Positions 1-11,227 of a stretch of 64,000 nucleotides of DNA are shown here, one piece after another. How positions within the stretch are numbered: the stretch's first letter is position 1; each line of letters starts with the position of its first letter. Location of the stretch: the NCBI GenBank assembly GCA_903910385.1, contig CAIVZM010000011.1, positions 15,203 through 79,202 on the forward strand. The letters run 5' to 3'. Position numbers and translations under genes: made by a program. Below the pieces are notes generated by a model. It made no database searches, had not been told where the DNA came from, and was given only the letters and a program-made list of their open reading frames with translations. This stretch comes from an uncultured Armatimonadetes bacterium. GTDB taxonomy: Bacteria > Armatimonadota > Armatimonadia > Armatimonadales > Armatimonadaceae.

Positions 1-39
1 CGGGTACAGTGTATCCGAAACGAAAAGGAGTGTCAACCG

Positions 40-579
40 GTGAACCATTTATTTGAAGAAAAACCTGATGCACTAATCGCTCGAATCAATACCCTGTCGC
101 TCGATCAAGAGGGAGTTCCGACCAGAGTTCTGGTGGCGATCAACCCTCGCGAAACGCCTTATAGCGGTCTGGTCCGGTTCGCGGCGGCGTTTCCGGTACG
201 AGCGACCACAGGTAGACGTCCAGTTATTATCCGCAATCTTTCCGGCGAGGTGGTTCCCTGTCGTTTCACGGTGGACGACATGATACCGGATGCTCGATTG
301 CCCGAAGATCGCCTGCTCTGGCGTATGGAACTGGAATTCTACGCCGATTCCGTTCCGGCGAAGGGGTGGCGGGCGTTCGCCTCGCAATTCGGCTTTTCCC
401 CCGAATCACGATTGGATGACGCCGCCTACTGGAAAACACAACCGCCTTATGCCGGGGAAATCTCCGTATTCGAAACGGATTGCCACGACGGAGACTTGCC
501 CCAGAACGGATATTTCGCGGACATCCCGCCAGTTCCTGCGGTTACCGAAAGCGTCAACGCAAATCCTGTCTCGTCCTGA
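40..579 (+). CDS. hypothetical protein (179 aa)
   Basis: GTG start at 40 with AAGGAG about 10 nt upstream. Uninterrupted 179-codon ORF with no recognisable motif. The 3' end overlaps the convergent queG end. Confidence 0.4.
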   Translation: MNHLFEEKPDALIARINTLSLDQEGVPTRVLVAINPRETPYSGLVRFAAAFPVRATTGRRPVIIRNLSGEVVPCRFTVDDMIPDARLPEDRLLWRMELEFYADSVPAKGWRAFASQFGFSPESRLDDAAYWKTQPPYAGEISVFETDCHDGDLPQNGYFADIPPVPAVTESVNANPVSS

Positions 580-1687
580 TTTCTTTGACCGCCCAGTCGG
601 CGTGTTCCCTGACGAGATCGGACGGATCCGTCTGGATCACTTCCGTTAATGCGGGTATCGATTCGTCTCTTCCCACATTACCGAGAGCGACGCAGATATT
701 CCGGCGCAGTCCGATCCGTCCCGGACGTAGTAATGCCGTCCCGGTGAATTTCCCCTGAAAAGTTTCGTCCGTCTCAGTCAGGGCGAGCCATTGCAACAGG
801 TCAGGCGATCCCCTGTCTTCATCAAGAGCGGCGAGTCGCGTTTCCCGTCCTGCCTGCGCTCGTTCATTCCACGGGCAGGCGGCAAGGCAATCGTCACAAC
901 CGAAAATTCGGGCGCCCATCAGCGGGCGTAATTCCAGGGGGATCGCCCCTTTCAGTTCGATCGTCAGGTAGGAGATGCAACGCCGGGAATCCAGCGTCAT
1001 GGGCGCGACCAGCGCTCCGGTTGGGCAAGCGGTCAGGCAACGCGTACACGTCCCGCAGTGATTCTCTACCGGCGCATCCGGCGGCAATGGTAACGTGGTG
1101 AGCAGCGTACCCAGAAAGAACCAGTTCCCTAAATCCAGCGATATCAGATTGGTATGCTTTCCCTGCCAGCCGATTCCCGCACGCGCCGCCAATTCTCGCT
1201 CCCGAACCGGGCCGCTATCCGCCATCCCACGCGCTTTTTCCCCCGGCCAGGTCTCGGTAATCCACCGGGCGAACGCCTTCAGTTTCTCTCGGAAAATCTG
1301 GTGGTAATCCTCGCCGCGCGCGTAACGCGCTACGACTCCGCGTGGAGAAAGAGATCGGAGATGCGGTTCACTCGGTTCTGCATTACCCTGACCTGACGCG
1401 CTTTCCGGTATAGCTGTAGTCCGGTCGGACGGGTGATAGGAAAGGGCGACCATCACGACGGAGCGGGTTCCCGCCAGCAAGCTCTCATGATCGAGCGGGG
1501 CGGCACGGAGAGCGGCACGGTTCAGAAGATAGGACATCTCCCCATGCATTCCCGCCTGCAACCAGGATCGTGCATGTTCCGAGTGACCGGGCGCCGCCGC
1601 TGTCGTGATACGAACTGCGTCAAACCCCAGTTCTTCGGCTCTGGCTTTAAGCCGTTGGACGGCGTCTCCACCTGTTTCCGTGTTCAT
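554..1687 (-). CDS. queG: tRNA epoxyqueuosine(34) reductase QueG (4Fe-4S, C-terminal HEAT-like repeats)
   Basis: Two Cys clusters (CGTCTRCLTACPTG; FGCDDCLAACPW) typical of QueG ferredoxin-type clusters, plus a HEAT-like tail. Start moved 13 codons in from the ORF-track TTG to the ATG of MNTETGG, which has AAGGAG 3-4 nt upstream. Confidence 0.75.
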   Translation of the reverse strand: MNTETGGDAVQRLKARAEELGFDAVRITTAAAPGHSEHARSWLQAGMHGEMSYLLNRAALRAAPLDHESLLAGTRSVVMVALSYHPSDRTTAIPESASGQGNAEPSEPHLRSLSPRGVVARYARGEDYHQIFREKLKAFARWITETWPGEKARGMADSGPVRERELAARAGIGWQGKHTNLISLDLGNWFFLGTLLTTLPLPPDAPVENHCGTCTRCLTACPTGALVAPMTLDSRRCISYLTIELKGAIPLELRPLMGARIFGCDDCLAACPWNERAQAGRETRLAALDEDRGSPDLLQWLALTETDETFQGKFTGTALLRPGRIGLRRNICVALGNVGRDESIPALTEVIQTDPSDLVREHADWAVKEIRTRQDLR

Positions 1688-1742
1688 ATTCTCCTTCAGA
1701 TTACGGGGCACGAAAAAAAAACGCAATAGGCAAACAGATTGT

Positions 1743-1771
1743 TTGACAAAAGCGAATTAGCCGTGTACTAT
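1743..1771 (+). promoter_or_regulatory. sigma70-like promoter TTGACA-17nt-TACTAT upstream of the LysM gene
   Basis: Perfect -35 TTGACA, a 17-nt spacer and a -10 TACTAT in the queG/LysM divergent intergenic region. Leaves about a 120-nt leader before the LysM start. Confidence 0.45.
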
Positions 1772-1894
1772 ACAAAAGAACTTTAAGTTTGCCCTACGCC
1801 TTCCTTTCCGGGAACGGCGCTTTTGTCGGAGTAGTACGGACAATAGCCGTGACCACTGGTGTGGCTCGGTTCGTGATTTCGGGAAAGGTAACGT

Positions 1895-2389
1895 GTGATG
1901 ACGGCAACGGTGACAAACCTGCAGACGACAGCGCAGACAGAAAAAATGATGAAGGCGGTTCAGCATCGGTATGCAGCGACGCGTTCGGTCCCTCGGGTGA
2001 ATCCGTTGAAACGACGTCGAAAGCGAACGCTCTATCAATGTATCGCTCCGTTTATCATCGCTATTCTCATCGGAGCGCTTGCTCTGGCGAGCGGCGTCGC
2101 TTTAGCGAGACGTGGCGAGATGCCTGCTCTTCCGGCTTCGGTTTCGATTACTGTACGGCAGGGCGACACCCTCTGGGGTCTGGCGAAATCCTTTGGCGAT
2201 TACTCTGCGCCGCTTCTAGACCGTGTGGACGCTCTCGCTGCCGCGAACGAAATGAACGCAAGCAATGGTCTTTACCCCGGTCAGCGCATTACGATTCCGA
2301 TCTCCGACACGGATACATTCAACCGCCTCAAGAACAGCGGGCGGCTTTCCGAGGTTGCGAGCGCTTCTACAGGCAGAGGTTCTTTGTAA
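1895..2389 (+). CDS. LysM domain membrane-anchored protein
   Basis: N-terminal TM helix (FIIAILIGALALASGVALA) followed by a LysM motif (VRQGDTLWGLAKSF...GLYPGQRITIP). GTG start. Confidence 0.7.
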   Translation: MMTATVTNLQTTAQTEKMMKAVQHRYAATRSVPRVNPLKRRRKRTLYQCIAPFIIAILIGALALASGVALARRGEMPALPASVSITVRQGDTLWGLAKSFGDYSAPLLDRVDALAAANEMNASNGLYPGQRITIPISDTDTFNRLKNSGRLSEVASASTGRGSL

Positions 2390-2402
2390 AGGAAGCATCG
2401 AT

Positions 2403-2771
2403 ATGTTCCAGGGTCTTCGTACAACGATCTATCATGTTCCCGATCTGCCGGCGGCAAAGGAATGGTACGCATCGCTTCTGGGCGTTCCGCCGTATTTCGA
2501 TGAGCCGTTTTACGTCGGCTTCAATGTCGGCGGCTTCGAGCTCGGGTTGGCGCCTTGCGAAACTTCCGATCCCGAAGGCGAGAGCGAAAGGACGCTTACC
2601 TACTGGGGCGTTCCGGACGCCGATACAGCATTAGATCGGCTCCTTACCTCTGGCGCGACGGTACGAGAACCCGTAACGGATGTCGGCGACGGAATAAAGG
2701 TAGCTTCTGTCATCAGTCCATCTGGTAATATTGTCGGTATCATCGAAAATCCGCACTTTGTCCTGCCGTAA
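2403..2771 (+). CDS. VOC/glyoxalase-bleomycin resistance family protein
   Basis: Start at internal ATG (MFQGLRTTIYHVPDL) with AAGGAAG 8 nt upstream. About 122 aa with a VOC-fold signature (HV.DL..A..WY...LG; GFELG). The longer track ORF overlaps the LysM gene. Confidence 0.65.
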   Translation: MFQGLRTTIYHVPDLPAAKEWYASLLGVPPYFDEPFYVGFNVGGFELGLAPCETSDPEGESERTLTYWGVPDADTALDRLLTSGATVREPVTDVGDGIKVASVISPSGNIVGIIENPHFVLP

Positions 2772-2912
2772 TTTTCGCGCAGAACCCGCTTTCGGCGCCA
2801 CTCCGAAATTCTACGTTAGCGATACCGATTCCGCCCTTAGAGCGGGAAATCACTTGCCCGTATAGCATTCCATCTCGGTGTAAAACAGAAGGGATTATGC
2901 TATACTGCCCCT

Positions 2913-5339
2913 ATGAAAATGTCTTTTCTCCCCCCTTCGGCTCGAAAAGTCGGGCTTTCCCTTGTTCTGGGGCTTTCTCTTTGTATAGGATTAACGAACG
3001 TCGTTCAGGCGCAAGAGGGCGGTAGCCCATTCCAGCCGCCGCGTGCAAAAATCACCTATGCGCCAGACCGGGATTATGACCTCAAGCATCTTAAGGTTAT
3101 TCTGAGCGTGGATTATGGCAAGCGCACCTTTTCCGGAACTTCCTATAATACGCTAAGCCCGATTCGACAGGTAGGACTTTCAAAAGTTCGGCTCAATGTA
3201 GGAAATGGCCTTGTAGTCAACAGCGTTCAGGTCGGGGACGTGACGGCATCCTTCACCAAGGAAGGCGACTTTTTGATAGTGACGCTACCGAAGACGGTGG
3301 CGCAAAATCAGGATGTAACTGTTGCGGTCTCCTACAGTGGCGGAAAGGCGCGCGGCGGCGGATTCGGCGATGGAGGAGGATTCCACTGGATCGAACCGAG
3401 AGCGGCGGGAGATATGGAGGATATCGCCCGCGTTGGTTTCTGGACACAGGGTGAAACCGGGTTCAACCGCGAATGGGCGCCAACCTGGGACTATCCTAAT
3501 GACTTCTGCACGACGGAAACGATTACGACCGTTCCCGCAGACTGGTCTGTTATCGGCAATGGCGTCAAGGTATCGGATAGAGTCAGCGCCGATAAAAAGA
3601 CCCGCACTGTCCACTGGGAAATGAAGCAGCCACATGCGACCTACCTTCTCTCCCTCTGCGCGGGGCCTTTCGACATGAAGACCGCAACATGGGAAGGCGT
3701 CCCTCTGCTTTATGTCGTGCCGAAGGGCAAGGGAGACATGATCGATGCCTCCTTCAGCGATACACCGGATATGCTCTCGTTCTTCTCGAAGGTATTCGGC
3801 GTCAAGTATGCCTGGCCCAAGTACGCACAGAACGCCATGTATGACTTTGGCGGCGGAATGGAAAACGTTTCCGCGACCACTCTGGGAGCGAACAGCCTGA
3901 CCGATGGACGTGACGGATACCGCACGATGGCGAGCCTGAACTCCCACGAACTCGGACATCAGTGGTTCGGTGACCTGGTGACCTGTAAGGACTGGGGAAC
4001 GATCTGGCTCAACGAATCCTTTGCAACGTTCTGCGAAACGACGTACATGGAGTATAGCCGGGGCAAGTACGCATACGATCGTGAGATCGAAGGAAATATG
4101 CAATCGTACTTCCGCGAAGCGCAACGGTACAAGCGACCCATCGTCACCAACCTCTATCCCAACCCGGATGCCATGTTCGATAGCCATACCTATCCCAAGG
4201 GTGGAGCGGTCTTACACACCCTGCGCCGCGCTCTGGGCGATGAATCGTTCTATCGAGGAATCAAGCTCTACCTGACACGCCACCGACACACGCCGGTGGA
4301 GACGCCAGACCTGATTCGCGCATTAACGGATGCATCCGGGGTCAATGTCCAGCCCATGTTCGACCAGTGGATTTACAAGCCCGGTCATCCCGTGCTGGAG
4401 TATGCCTGGTCTTACGATGAAAGCAAGGGCGAACTGACGGTCACCACGAAGCAGATGCAGGACACCAAAGACGGAACGCCTATCTATGATATCCCGACCA
4501 AAGTCGGCGTCATCTCGGGCGGAACGCTGACCGCGCTTCCCGTGCGCTTGAATGCGGTGGAAAATTCGTTCACGTTGAGAACCCCGAAGCCAGAAGCGGT
4601 CATCCTGGATCCGAACCATGACTTCCTGCGCGAAATGAAGCACACGTTCGCCGCATCGGAACTGGTGGCAATCGTGAAATCGGCTCCGAACGCTATCGAC
4701 AAACAATCCGCCCTGACAGCAATGCTAAAGGGAACCCCTTCGGATGCGGACATCAAGACCGCAGTCGCCGCTATTGAGGCGGATAAAGAACGATTCTCCG
4801 CCTTCGACAACATCAGCGCTCTGGGAGCGTTGAAGCGCGAAGATTTGCGCCCCTTCTTCCGTTCTCAGCTCAAGAGTACGGACGTTAACCGACAGGCGCA
4901 AGCGATGACGGCTCTGGGAAATCTACCCAAAACCGATGAGGACCTGAAATTCGCGCAGAGCGTTCTTGCCGATAAGAAGGCATCGTACCCGCTCATGGCG
5001 GCTTCGGTATCAGGGATGGCGAAATGGGACCCGACCGCAGGAGTTCCGGCGCTGATCGCCATGACGGGTAAGGAGAATCCAACCCGCGTCCGGCGTATGG
5101 CGCTGGAAGCAATCGGGCAGACTCCAGGCAAAGACCCCCGCCTGACAGAAGCGCTCCGCAACGTCATCAAGGGAAATAACTTCGGCATGACCATGAGCGC
5201 AGTCGAAGCGGCGAAAGCGCGAAAAGAGACGTTGCTGCTACCCGATATTCAGTCGCTTGCAAAGAACGTTCCGGCGGGATACCCAAGCTGGTTCGGCGGC
5301 TATCTGAAGGAAGCGGCGACTGCTATCGGAACGGAATAG
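2913..5339 (+). CDS. secreted M1-family zinc aminopeptidase (aminopeptidase N-like) with C-terminal HEAT-like repeats
   Basis: Signal peptide. HELGHQWFGDLVT zincin HEXXH motif plus downstream NESFA(T) glutamate motif, and GAMEN-like GGMEN. TATACT -10-like hexamer 6 nt upstream of the ATG (possible leaderless mRNA). Confidence 0.9.
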   Translation: MKMSFLPPSARKVGLSLVLGLSLCIGLTNVVQAQEGGSPFQPPRAKITYAPDRDYDLKHLKVILSVDYGKRTFSGTSYNTLSPIRQVGLSKVRLNVGNGLVVNSVQVGDVTASFTKEGDFLIVTLPKTVAQNQDVTVAVSYSGGKARGGGFGDGGGFHWIEPRAAGDMEDIARVGFWTQGETGFNREWAPTWDYPNDFCTTETITTVPADWSVIGNGVKVSDRVSADKKTRTVHWEMKQPHATYLLSLCAGPFDMKTATWEGVPLLYVVPKGKGDMIDASFSDTPDMLSFFSKVFGVKYAWPKYAQNAMYDFGGGMENVSATTLGANSLTDGRDGYRTMASLNSHELGHQWFGDLVTCKDWGTIWLNESFATFCETTYMEYSRGKYAYDREIEGNMQSYFREAQRYKRPIVTNLYPNPDAMFDSHTYPKGGAVLHTLRRALGDESFYRGIKLYLTRHRHTPVETPDLIRALTDASGVNVQPMFDQWIYKPGHPVLEYAWSYDESKGELTVTTKQMQDTKDGTPIYDIPTKVGVISGGTLTALPVRLNAVENSFTLRTPKPEAVILDPNHDFLREMKHTFAASELVAIVKSAPNAIDKQSALTAMLKGTPSDADIKTAVAAIEADKERFSAFDNISALGALKREDLRPFFRSQLKSTDVNRQAQAMTALGNLPKTDEDLKFAQSVLADKKASYPLMAASVSGMAKWDPTAGVPALIAMTGKENPTRVRRMALEAIGQTPGKDPRLTEALRNVIKGNNFGMTMSAVEAAKARKETLLLPDIQSLAKNVPAGYPSWFGGYLKEAATAIGTE

Positions 5340-5346
5340 GACGGTA

Positions 5347-6231
5347 ATGATGTCAAACGGAAAGCCCCGAGTCGGTTTCATCGGATTAGGCCTGATGGGT
5401 GCAGGAATGGCGCGAAATATCGCCCGCGCAGGCTTTCCGCTCACCGTCTATAATCGCACCCGCTTACGATCAGAGGAACTGGTTGCGGAATTCGGCGGCG
5501 TGACGGTGGCGGATTCGCCCCGCCATGCCGCCGAGTCGGCGGACGTGCTGGTTTCCATCGTTTCCGATGTTCCGGATGTGGAAGCCATTTATCTGGGAAC
5601 GGACGGCGTCATCGAAGCGGCGCATTCCGGTCTGACCTGTGTGGATATGGGCACGGTCGGGGCGGATTGCGCTTCCCGTGTTGCCGCCGCACTGGCGAAA
5701 AAGGGAGCGGAGTTTGTCGATGCGCCCGTCTCCGGTGGCGTCTGGGGCGCAAAGGAAGGGACGCTTTCCATTATGGCAGGCGGTTCGGACGCCGCCTATG
5801 CCGCTGCGCTTCCGGTATTCGAGGCGATGGGCAAAAAAATCGTCCATTGCGGCCCGGTCGGTTCCGGTCAGCAAACGAAACTGGTCAATCAAATCGTGGT
5901 CGCTCTGAATCTGGAGGCGGTCGCCGAAGGACTGCTTTTCGCGCAAAAAGCGGGATTGAATATCCAGACGACGCTGGATGCGGTCGGCGCGGGTGCGGCA
6001 AGTTCGTGGGCATGGAATACGCTGGGGCCGCGCATGGCGTCCGGCGATTACGAACCGGGGTTCAAAATCGCCCATCAGATCAAGGATTTACGCCTTGCGA
6101 TCGAGGCGGCGGAGAAAGCGGGAATCTCCCTTCGCGGCGCCCGGCTTGTTGTGGAGAACCTCCAGCGGGCGCAGGAAATACTGCCTGATGGCGGCGAACG
6201 GGGTACGCAGGGTATTATTGCCGCGCTCTAA
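5347..6231 (+). CDS. NAD(P)-dependent 3-hydroxyisobutyrate/2-hydroxy-3-oxopropionate reductase family dehydrogenase
   Basis: N-terminal Rossmann motif VGFIGLGLMGAGMARN, with whole-length similarity to the HIBADH/6PGDH-like family. Confidence 0.8.
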   Translation: MMSNGKPRVGFIGLGLMGAGMARNIARAGFPLTVYNRTRLRSEELVAEFGGVTVADSPRHAAESADVLVSIVSDVPDVEAIYLGTDGVIEAAHSGLTCVDMGTVGADCASRVAAALAKKGAEFVDAPVSGGVWGAKEGTLSIMAGGSDAAYAAALPVFEAMGKKIVHCGPVGSGQQTKLVNQIVVALNLEAVAEGLLFAQKAGLNIQTTLDAVGAGAASSWAWNTLGPRMASGDYEPGFKIAHQIKDLRLAIEAAEKAGISLRGARLVVENLQRAQEILPDGGERGTQGIIAAL

Positions 6232-6261
6232 GCTCTGATAGATATTCGTATCGTGGTCTCA

Positions 6262-6288
6262 GGGGGATGGCATGAAATGCCATCCCCC
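6262..6288. terminator. perfect 12-bp stem / 3-nt loop hairpin between convergent genes
   Basis: GGGGGATGGCAT-gaa-ATGCCATCCCCC between the HIBADH-like (+) and pat (-) 3' ends. The flanking U-tract is weak, so probably a bidirectional terminator or RNA stability hairpin. Confidence 0.55.
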
Positions 6289-6303
6289 GCGTTATTCCCA
6301 GAG

Positions 6304-9039
6304 TCAGAGTAGGATTTCCGCCGTCACCGTCGCCGGGTCGCCATGCGGGGCGCTGAGTGTGAAACCCAGTTTTTCACAGATGGTCTGCATCGTCTCATTG
6401 ATAGAAAGAATCTCGGCGAAGAGACGATTCACGCCCTCGGCGCGTGCAACTACGATCAAGCGTTCCAACAGTTCCGTTCCCAAACCCTGATTCTGGAATT
6501 CATCGCTGATCAACAGATTGAAAGTCGCTTCGGCATTATTGGCGGCAATTCCACCGCGTGTGCGGGATAATCGTGCGACCGCAATCAACCGATTATCCGG
6601 GGTGACGGCGACCAATGCGATCTCCCGGTCGTAGTCGTTATGACTGATCCGCTGAAGCCGTTCATGGGCGACCCGCTGGGAAAGCGCGAACGGATGGTAG
6701 TAACGCAGTTCGACGCTCCGCTCCGAAAGCATCTCATGGAAAGCGACAATGCGCGGTTCGTCGTCCGGGCGAATCGGGCGAATGGTGACGGTAACGCCGC
6801 TTCTGAGGGTCGCCGTTCCAATATACTGCGCGGGATATGGGCGAATCGCCGGTCTGGGCAATTGATCGGCGGGGATATCCTTGCTGTAAAGAACCACACG
6901 AGCGTCCAGCGCAAGCAAGGTGTCATGAGACGCCAGCACCGGATTGATATCGAGTTCCTTGATGACAGGTTGCTCCACGATCAGTTGCGAGAATCGAACG
7001 ACAAGGTTCTCCAGTGCTTCTTGATTGACAGGCGGACGGCCTCGCACTCCCTGTAACGCCACGTAGATTTTCGTTTGCTCCATCATTCGCCGCGCCAACG
7101 TTCGCGTCAACGGCGGCAGGGCAAGCGCAGAATCCTGGTACACTTCCACCAGTTGACCGCCGGTTCCGAACAGAATGATCGGTCCAAATTGCGGATCAGG
7201 ACTTGCCCCCAGAATCAATTCATAACAACCAGAAAGCTTCGCCATAGGTTGGACGGTGACGCCCAGAAAGTCCGTTGCGCTCGCCGCGCGCGTGACTCCC
7301 GTTCGGATACGCCGGAAGGCGTCCCGAACCGCCTCCTCATCCTTGAGATTCAGTTGCACCCCATCGACATCCGTCTTGTGGGTCACAGTCCCCGAGTGCA
7401 GTTTAAGAACGACCGGAAAACCTAATTGCGCGGCAACCGCGATCGCCTCCTCTTCGGTTGTCGCAATGTGGGTTTCGACGGTCAGGATTCCATAAAGCGA
7501 GAGAAGTTTCTTGGATTCATATTCCGTCAGCAGATCTCTACCGGACTGCCGGACATCATCCAGCAGTTTCCGTGCCGCTTCGGAATCGACTTCGCTGCCC
7601 TCTGTCGCAGCGGGAATTTCATACAGGGAACGCAGGTTATCGCTATACCGCCACAGGAAATTGAAAATCCGCGCCGCCTGATCCGGATAGGGAAAAGTAG
7701 GAATCCCAGCATCCATCAGAATCTTTTCCCCTGCAGCGACAGTCGCTCCGCCCATCCAGGAGGCGAGGACAGGTTTATTCAGCGATTGCGCATAGGGGCG
7801 CAGCGATTCGGCGATAATGGTCGGTTCCGTCATCGCTTGCGGGGTGAGAATTACCAGCAGTCCGTCCGTATTCTCATCCTGCGCGGCGATCTCCAGCGTT
7901 TTTGCGTAACGCTCCGGCGGGGCGTCGCCCAGAACGTCGATGGGGTTATTATGACTCCATGCGGCGGGCAAGAAACTATTGAGACCACTCATGGCATCGT
8001 CGCCGATTTCGGTGAGCGCTCCGCCGCCGCCGATGAGCGCATCGGTCGCCAGAACGCCGGGACCGCCCGCATTGGTGATGATAGTAAGGCGGTTTCCCTT
8101 TGGGCGAGGTTGCTTCGCCAGAGCTTCCGTCAGCGCGAAGATATCGGAGATGGTATCCGCTCGTAAAACGCCTACACGACTGAAAGCGACATCCAGCGCC
8201 GCATCGGAACCGGTCAATGATCCGGTATGGGACGCCGCCGCCTTGGCTCCCACGCTGGTGCGCCCCGCTTTAATGACAATAATCGGCTTTGTCAACGCCA
8301 CTTCACGAGCGGCGGACAGAAAGGCGCGAGCGTCGCCCACCGACTCCATATAGATGACGATGCTCTCCGTTTTAGGATCATTGCCCAAATAATCGATCCA
8401 ATCACCCCAACCTACATCCAGCATCGATCCCAGCGAGGCGAAGACGGAAAAACCGATCTGTTCCTGTTGTGCGTAATCCAGAACAGCAGTCAACAACGCG
8501 CCGGATTGAGAAAGGAATGCGACTTTTCCGGGACGCGCCATCCCCTGAGCGAAAGTGGCATTAATTCCGGAAAGCGGCGACATCACGCCCAGACAGTTGG
8601 GGCCGACAATACGCATCTTGCCCTCTCGCGCCTTTTCCAACGCCTGCCGTTCCAGTTCTGCGCCTTCCGGGCCAATTTCCTTGAACCCGGCGGAGATAAT
8701 AATCGCACCCTTTACCCCGGCGGCGACGCATTCCGCGATGATCCCCGGCGTCGTGGAGGCAGGCGTTACAATGACAGCGAGGTCGATCTGGTCTGGAACC
8801 TCACGAATGTTCGGGTACGCCTTGATTCCCAGAACGGCGGGGCGCTTCGGGTTGACCGGGTAAACGACGCCGCCAAAGGGAGACCCGATCAGGTTCGTGA
8901 CAATCGTTCGCCCGACGCTTCCCGGATTCTCCGTTGCGCCGATAACCGCAACCGAACGCGGCTTGATGAAGACATCCAGAGGATGCTCCCCTCCCTGGCG
9001 CAACAAATCATGCAAGGGATCCGTTATAACATCGGACAT
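6304..9039 (-). CDS. pat: protein lysine acetyltransferase Pat-type (NDP-forming acyl-CoA synthetase domains fused to C-terminal GNAT)
   Basis: 911 aa. N-terminal CoA-binding/succinyl-CoA-synthetase-like and ATP-grasp domains of ADP-forming acetyl-CoA synthetase. C-terminal GNAT (…[13 protein letters not shown]…). GAGGAG RBS 10 nt upstream of the ATG. Confidence 0.8.
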   Translation of the reverse strand: MSDVITDPLHDLLRQGGEHPLDVFIKPRSVAVIGATENPGSVGRTIVTNLIGSPFGGVVYPVNPKRPAVLGIKAYPNIREVPDQIDLAVIVTPASTTPGIIAECVAAGVKGAIIISAGFKEIGPEGAELERQALEKAREGKMRIVGPNCLGVMSPLSGINATFAQGMARPGKVAFLSQSGALLTAVLDYAQQEQIGFSVFASLGSMLDVGWGDWIDYLGNDPKTESIVIYMESVGDARAFLSAAREVALTKPIIVIKAGRTSVGAKAAASHTGSLTGSDAALDVAFSRVGVLRADTISDIFALTEALAKQPRPKGNRLTIITNAGGPGVLATDALIGGGGALTEIGDDAMSGLNSFLPAAWSHNNPIDVLGDAPPERYAKTLEIAAQDENTDGLLVILTPQAMTEPTIIAESLRPYAQSLNKPVLASWMGGATVAAGEKILMDAGIPTFPYPDQAARIFNFLWRYSDNLRSLYEIPAATEGSEVDSEAARKLLDDVRQSGRDLLTEYESKKLLSLYGILTVETHIATTEEEAIAVAAQLGFPVVLKLHSGTVTHKTDVDGVQLNLKDEEAVRDAFRRIRTGVTRAASATDFLGVTVQPMAKLSGCYELILGASPDPQFGPIILFGTGGQLVEVYQDSALALPPLTRTLARRMMEQTKIYVALQGVRGRPPVNQEALENLVVRFSQLIVEQPVIKELDINPVLASHDTLLALDARVVLYSKDIPADQLPRPAIRPYPAQYIGTATLRSGVTVTIRPIRPDDEPRIVAFHEMLSERSVELRYYHPFALSQRVAHERLQRISHNDYDREIALVAVTPDNRLIAVARLSRTRGGIAANNAEATFNLLISDEFQNQGLGTELLERLIVVARAEGVNRLFAEILSINETMQTICEKLGFTLSAPHGDPATVTAEILL

Positions 9040-9169
9040 ATGGAAAAGGCTCCTCGATTTGAGTCTAATAACAGTTTACCTGAAACTACATCGCCATGAA
9101 ACTGGATCATTATAATGCGAAGTTGTAGTTCTAAAATTTTGCAACATTTCGAATCCATAATCGAAAGCG

Positions 9170-11227
9170 TTAGAGGGTTGGCACATTACGCTCCAGTTCC
9201 TGAAGCCACACGGTGGCGGAACTATCGGAAGGCGCGCGCCAGTCGCCACGCGGGGAAAGCGAACCACCGGAACCAACCTTGGGGGAGTTGGGGACGCACG
9301 AGCGCTTGAACTGCGAGGTCTGGAAGAATCGGAACAGGAAGACGCCGAGCCACTTTTTGATCGTCGGCAGATCATAAGCGACCCGCTTCTCCTGAGGAAC
9401 GGAATCCGGCCAGGCGCCCTGATCGGCATCCGACCAGGCATGGAACGCCAGATAAGCCACCTTCGAGGGGCGGAAACCGTACCGACTGATGTAGTACACG
9501 TTGAAATCCTGCAGGTTGTACGGTCCGATGGTCGCTTCGGTGCTTTGCGCGGGAGCGTCCTTATCGCCCTTATCGTGCGGGACAAGCTCCGGGGAGATTT
9601 CCGTTTCGACAATCGAAGTCAGATAGCCGCTGGTGCGTTCATTGAATTGCGTGGTTTCTACTGACCAGCGAATCAGATGCTGAATCAGAGTTTTCGGCAC
9701 TGAAGCGTTCACATTGTAGTGGCTCATATGGTCACCGACGCCGTAGGTGCACCAACCCAGCGCCAGTTCGGACAAATCTCCGGTTCCTAACACCAGAGCG
9801 TTCTGGAAATTGGCAAGCCGGAAAAGAATCGACGTTCGCTGTCCTGCCTGAACATTCTCAAAGGTGACATCATAAACAGGTTCGCCGTTATGGAAGGGGT
9901 GCCCGATATCGCGGAGCATTTGCAGACACGACGGTTTGATATCGATTTCCTGCGCGGTCACGCCGAGGGATTCCATCAGGCCGAGGGCATTCTTCAAGGT
10001 GCGGTCAGAGGTAGCGAAGCCGGGCATGGTGTACGCGAGAATATTTGTTCGCGGCAGTCCCAGTCTATCCATCGTTTTCGCGGCGACGATCAACGCCTGT
10101 GTAGAATCCAGACCGCCGGAAACGCCGATCACGAGACGGGAAATGCCGGAGGATTGCAGACGCTTCATCAGCCCATGTACCTGAATGTTATATGCCTCAT
10201 AGCACCGCTCATCGCGCTTTGCGGCATCCGCAGGGACAAAGGGAAAGCGGGCGACCGTACGATTCAGCAGGGTCTCAGCAGGAATCTCGAACGCGAAATC
10301 GATTGTCCGTATCGCTTTCAGACGTTCGCGGAAATCATGGCGAGCGTCCCCGAAGGAGGTCAAACGCATCCGCTCTTGCACCAGTTTTTCGACATCGATA
10401 TCGGCGAAGAGAATATCTTCCTCCGGCGAAAATCGCTCGGATTCGGCTAAAACGCCGCCATTCTCGCAGATGATCGCGTGCCCATCCCAGGCTAAATCTG
10501 TGGTGCTTTCCCCCGGTCCCGCCGCCGAATAAAGGTACGCCGCGACGCAACGCCCGGATTGCCCCATACACAGGTCGCGCCGATAATCCGCCTTGCCAAC
10601 CGTGATATTGGAGGCGGAAAGGTTGCAAAGAAGAGTAGCGCCCGCCATCGCGCCAAAGGTGGAAGGCGGCAACGGCGTCCACACATCTTCACAAATTTCG
10701 GCGAACAAAACGAAGTCAGGTAGTGTCTCCGCACGGAATACCAGATCGTCCCCGAACGGGATACGCTGTCCAAACAGGGTAATTTCGCGATCAATCGCCT
10801 CTCGCGCCGCCGCAAACTGACGCTTTTCGTAGAACTCCCGGTAGTTAGGCAGATACGACTTCGGCGTGATTCCCAGAATCCGCCCGCGATAGACAATCGC
10901 CGCCGTATTGAACAGCCGACCGGAAACGCGCAACGGCAGACCAACCAGCAAAACAGGCGTCAATGCTCGTGACGCTTCCACGATGGACTGTAATCCCTGC
11001 AATGTCGCTTCCAGGAGCGCATCCTGATGGAACAGGTCATCATTCGTGTAGGCAGAAATCCCCATCTCCGGAAACAATGCCACTGCCGCCCCGCCCTCGG
11101 ACGCCCGCTTCGCCAGACCGATCGTCTGTTCCGCATTGTACACAGGGTCTGCTACTCGTACCGTCGGGACGCATACCGCCGCCCGCACAAACCCGTGCGA
11201 ATACAGCGAAAAGAAGGATTCCGTCAT
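9170..11227 (-). CDS. nadE: glutamine-dependent NAD+ synthetase (nitrilase domain + NAD synthetase domain)
   Basis: N-terminal C-N hydrolase domain plus a C-terminal NAD synthetase P-loop (GVSGGLDS) and a conserved tail ([20 protein letters not shown]). Start set at MTESFF, 72 codons in from the track start. TATACT lies 6 nt upstream of the ATG. Confidence 0.85.
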   Translation of the reverse strand: MTESFFSLYSHGFVRAAVCVPTVRVADPVYNAEQTIGLAKRASEGGAAVALFPEMGISAYTNDDLFHQDALLEATLQGLQSIVEASRALTPVLLVGLPLRVSGRLFNTAAIVYRGRILGITPKSYLPNYREFYEKRQFAAAREAIDREITLFGQRIPFGDDLVFRAETLPDFVLFAEICEDVWTPLPPSTFGAMAGATLLCNLSASNITVGKADYRRDLCMGQSGRCVAAYLYSAAGPGESTTDLAWDGHAIICENGGVLAESERFSPEEDILFADIDVEKLVQERMRLTSFGDARHDFRERLKAIRTIDFAFEIPAETLLNRTVARFPFVPADAAKRDERCYEAYNIQVHGLMKRLQSSGISRLVIGVSGGLDSTQALIVAAKTMDRLGLPRTNILAYTMPGFATSDRTLKNALGLMESLGVTAQEIDIKPSCLQMLRDIGHPFHNGEPVYDVTFENVQAGQRTSILFRLANFQNALVLGTGDLSELALGWCTYGVGDHMSHYNVNASVPKTLIQHLIRWSVETTQFNERTSGYLTSIVETEISPELVPHDKGDKDAPAQSTEATIGPYNLQDFNVYYISRYGFRPSKVAYLAFHAWSDADQGAWPDSVPQEKRVAYDLPTIKKWLGVFLFRFFQTSQFKRSCVPNSPKVGSGGSLSPRGDWRAPSDSSATVWLQELERNVPTL

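Noticed and set aside
1789-2634. 281-aa ORF overlapping the LysM and VOC genes in another frame. Similar long alternative-frame ORFs at 3285..4187(-), 5470..6075(-), 7426..8166(+), 8227..9099(+), 17194..18294(-), 22090..22851(-), 47771..48583(-), 6585..6926(-).
   Set aside because: They lie entirely inside well-supported genes with clear family signatures on the other frame or strand. High GC content produces long spurious stop-free frames. No motifs, RBS or sensible starts.
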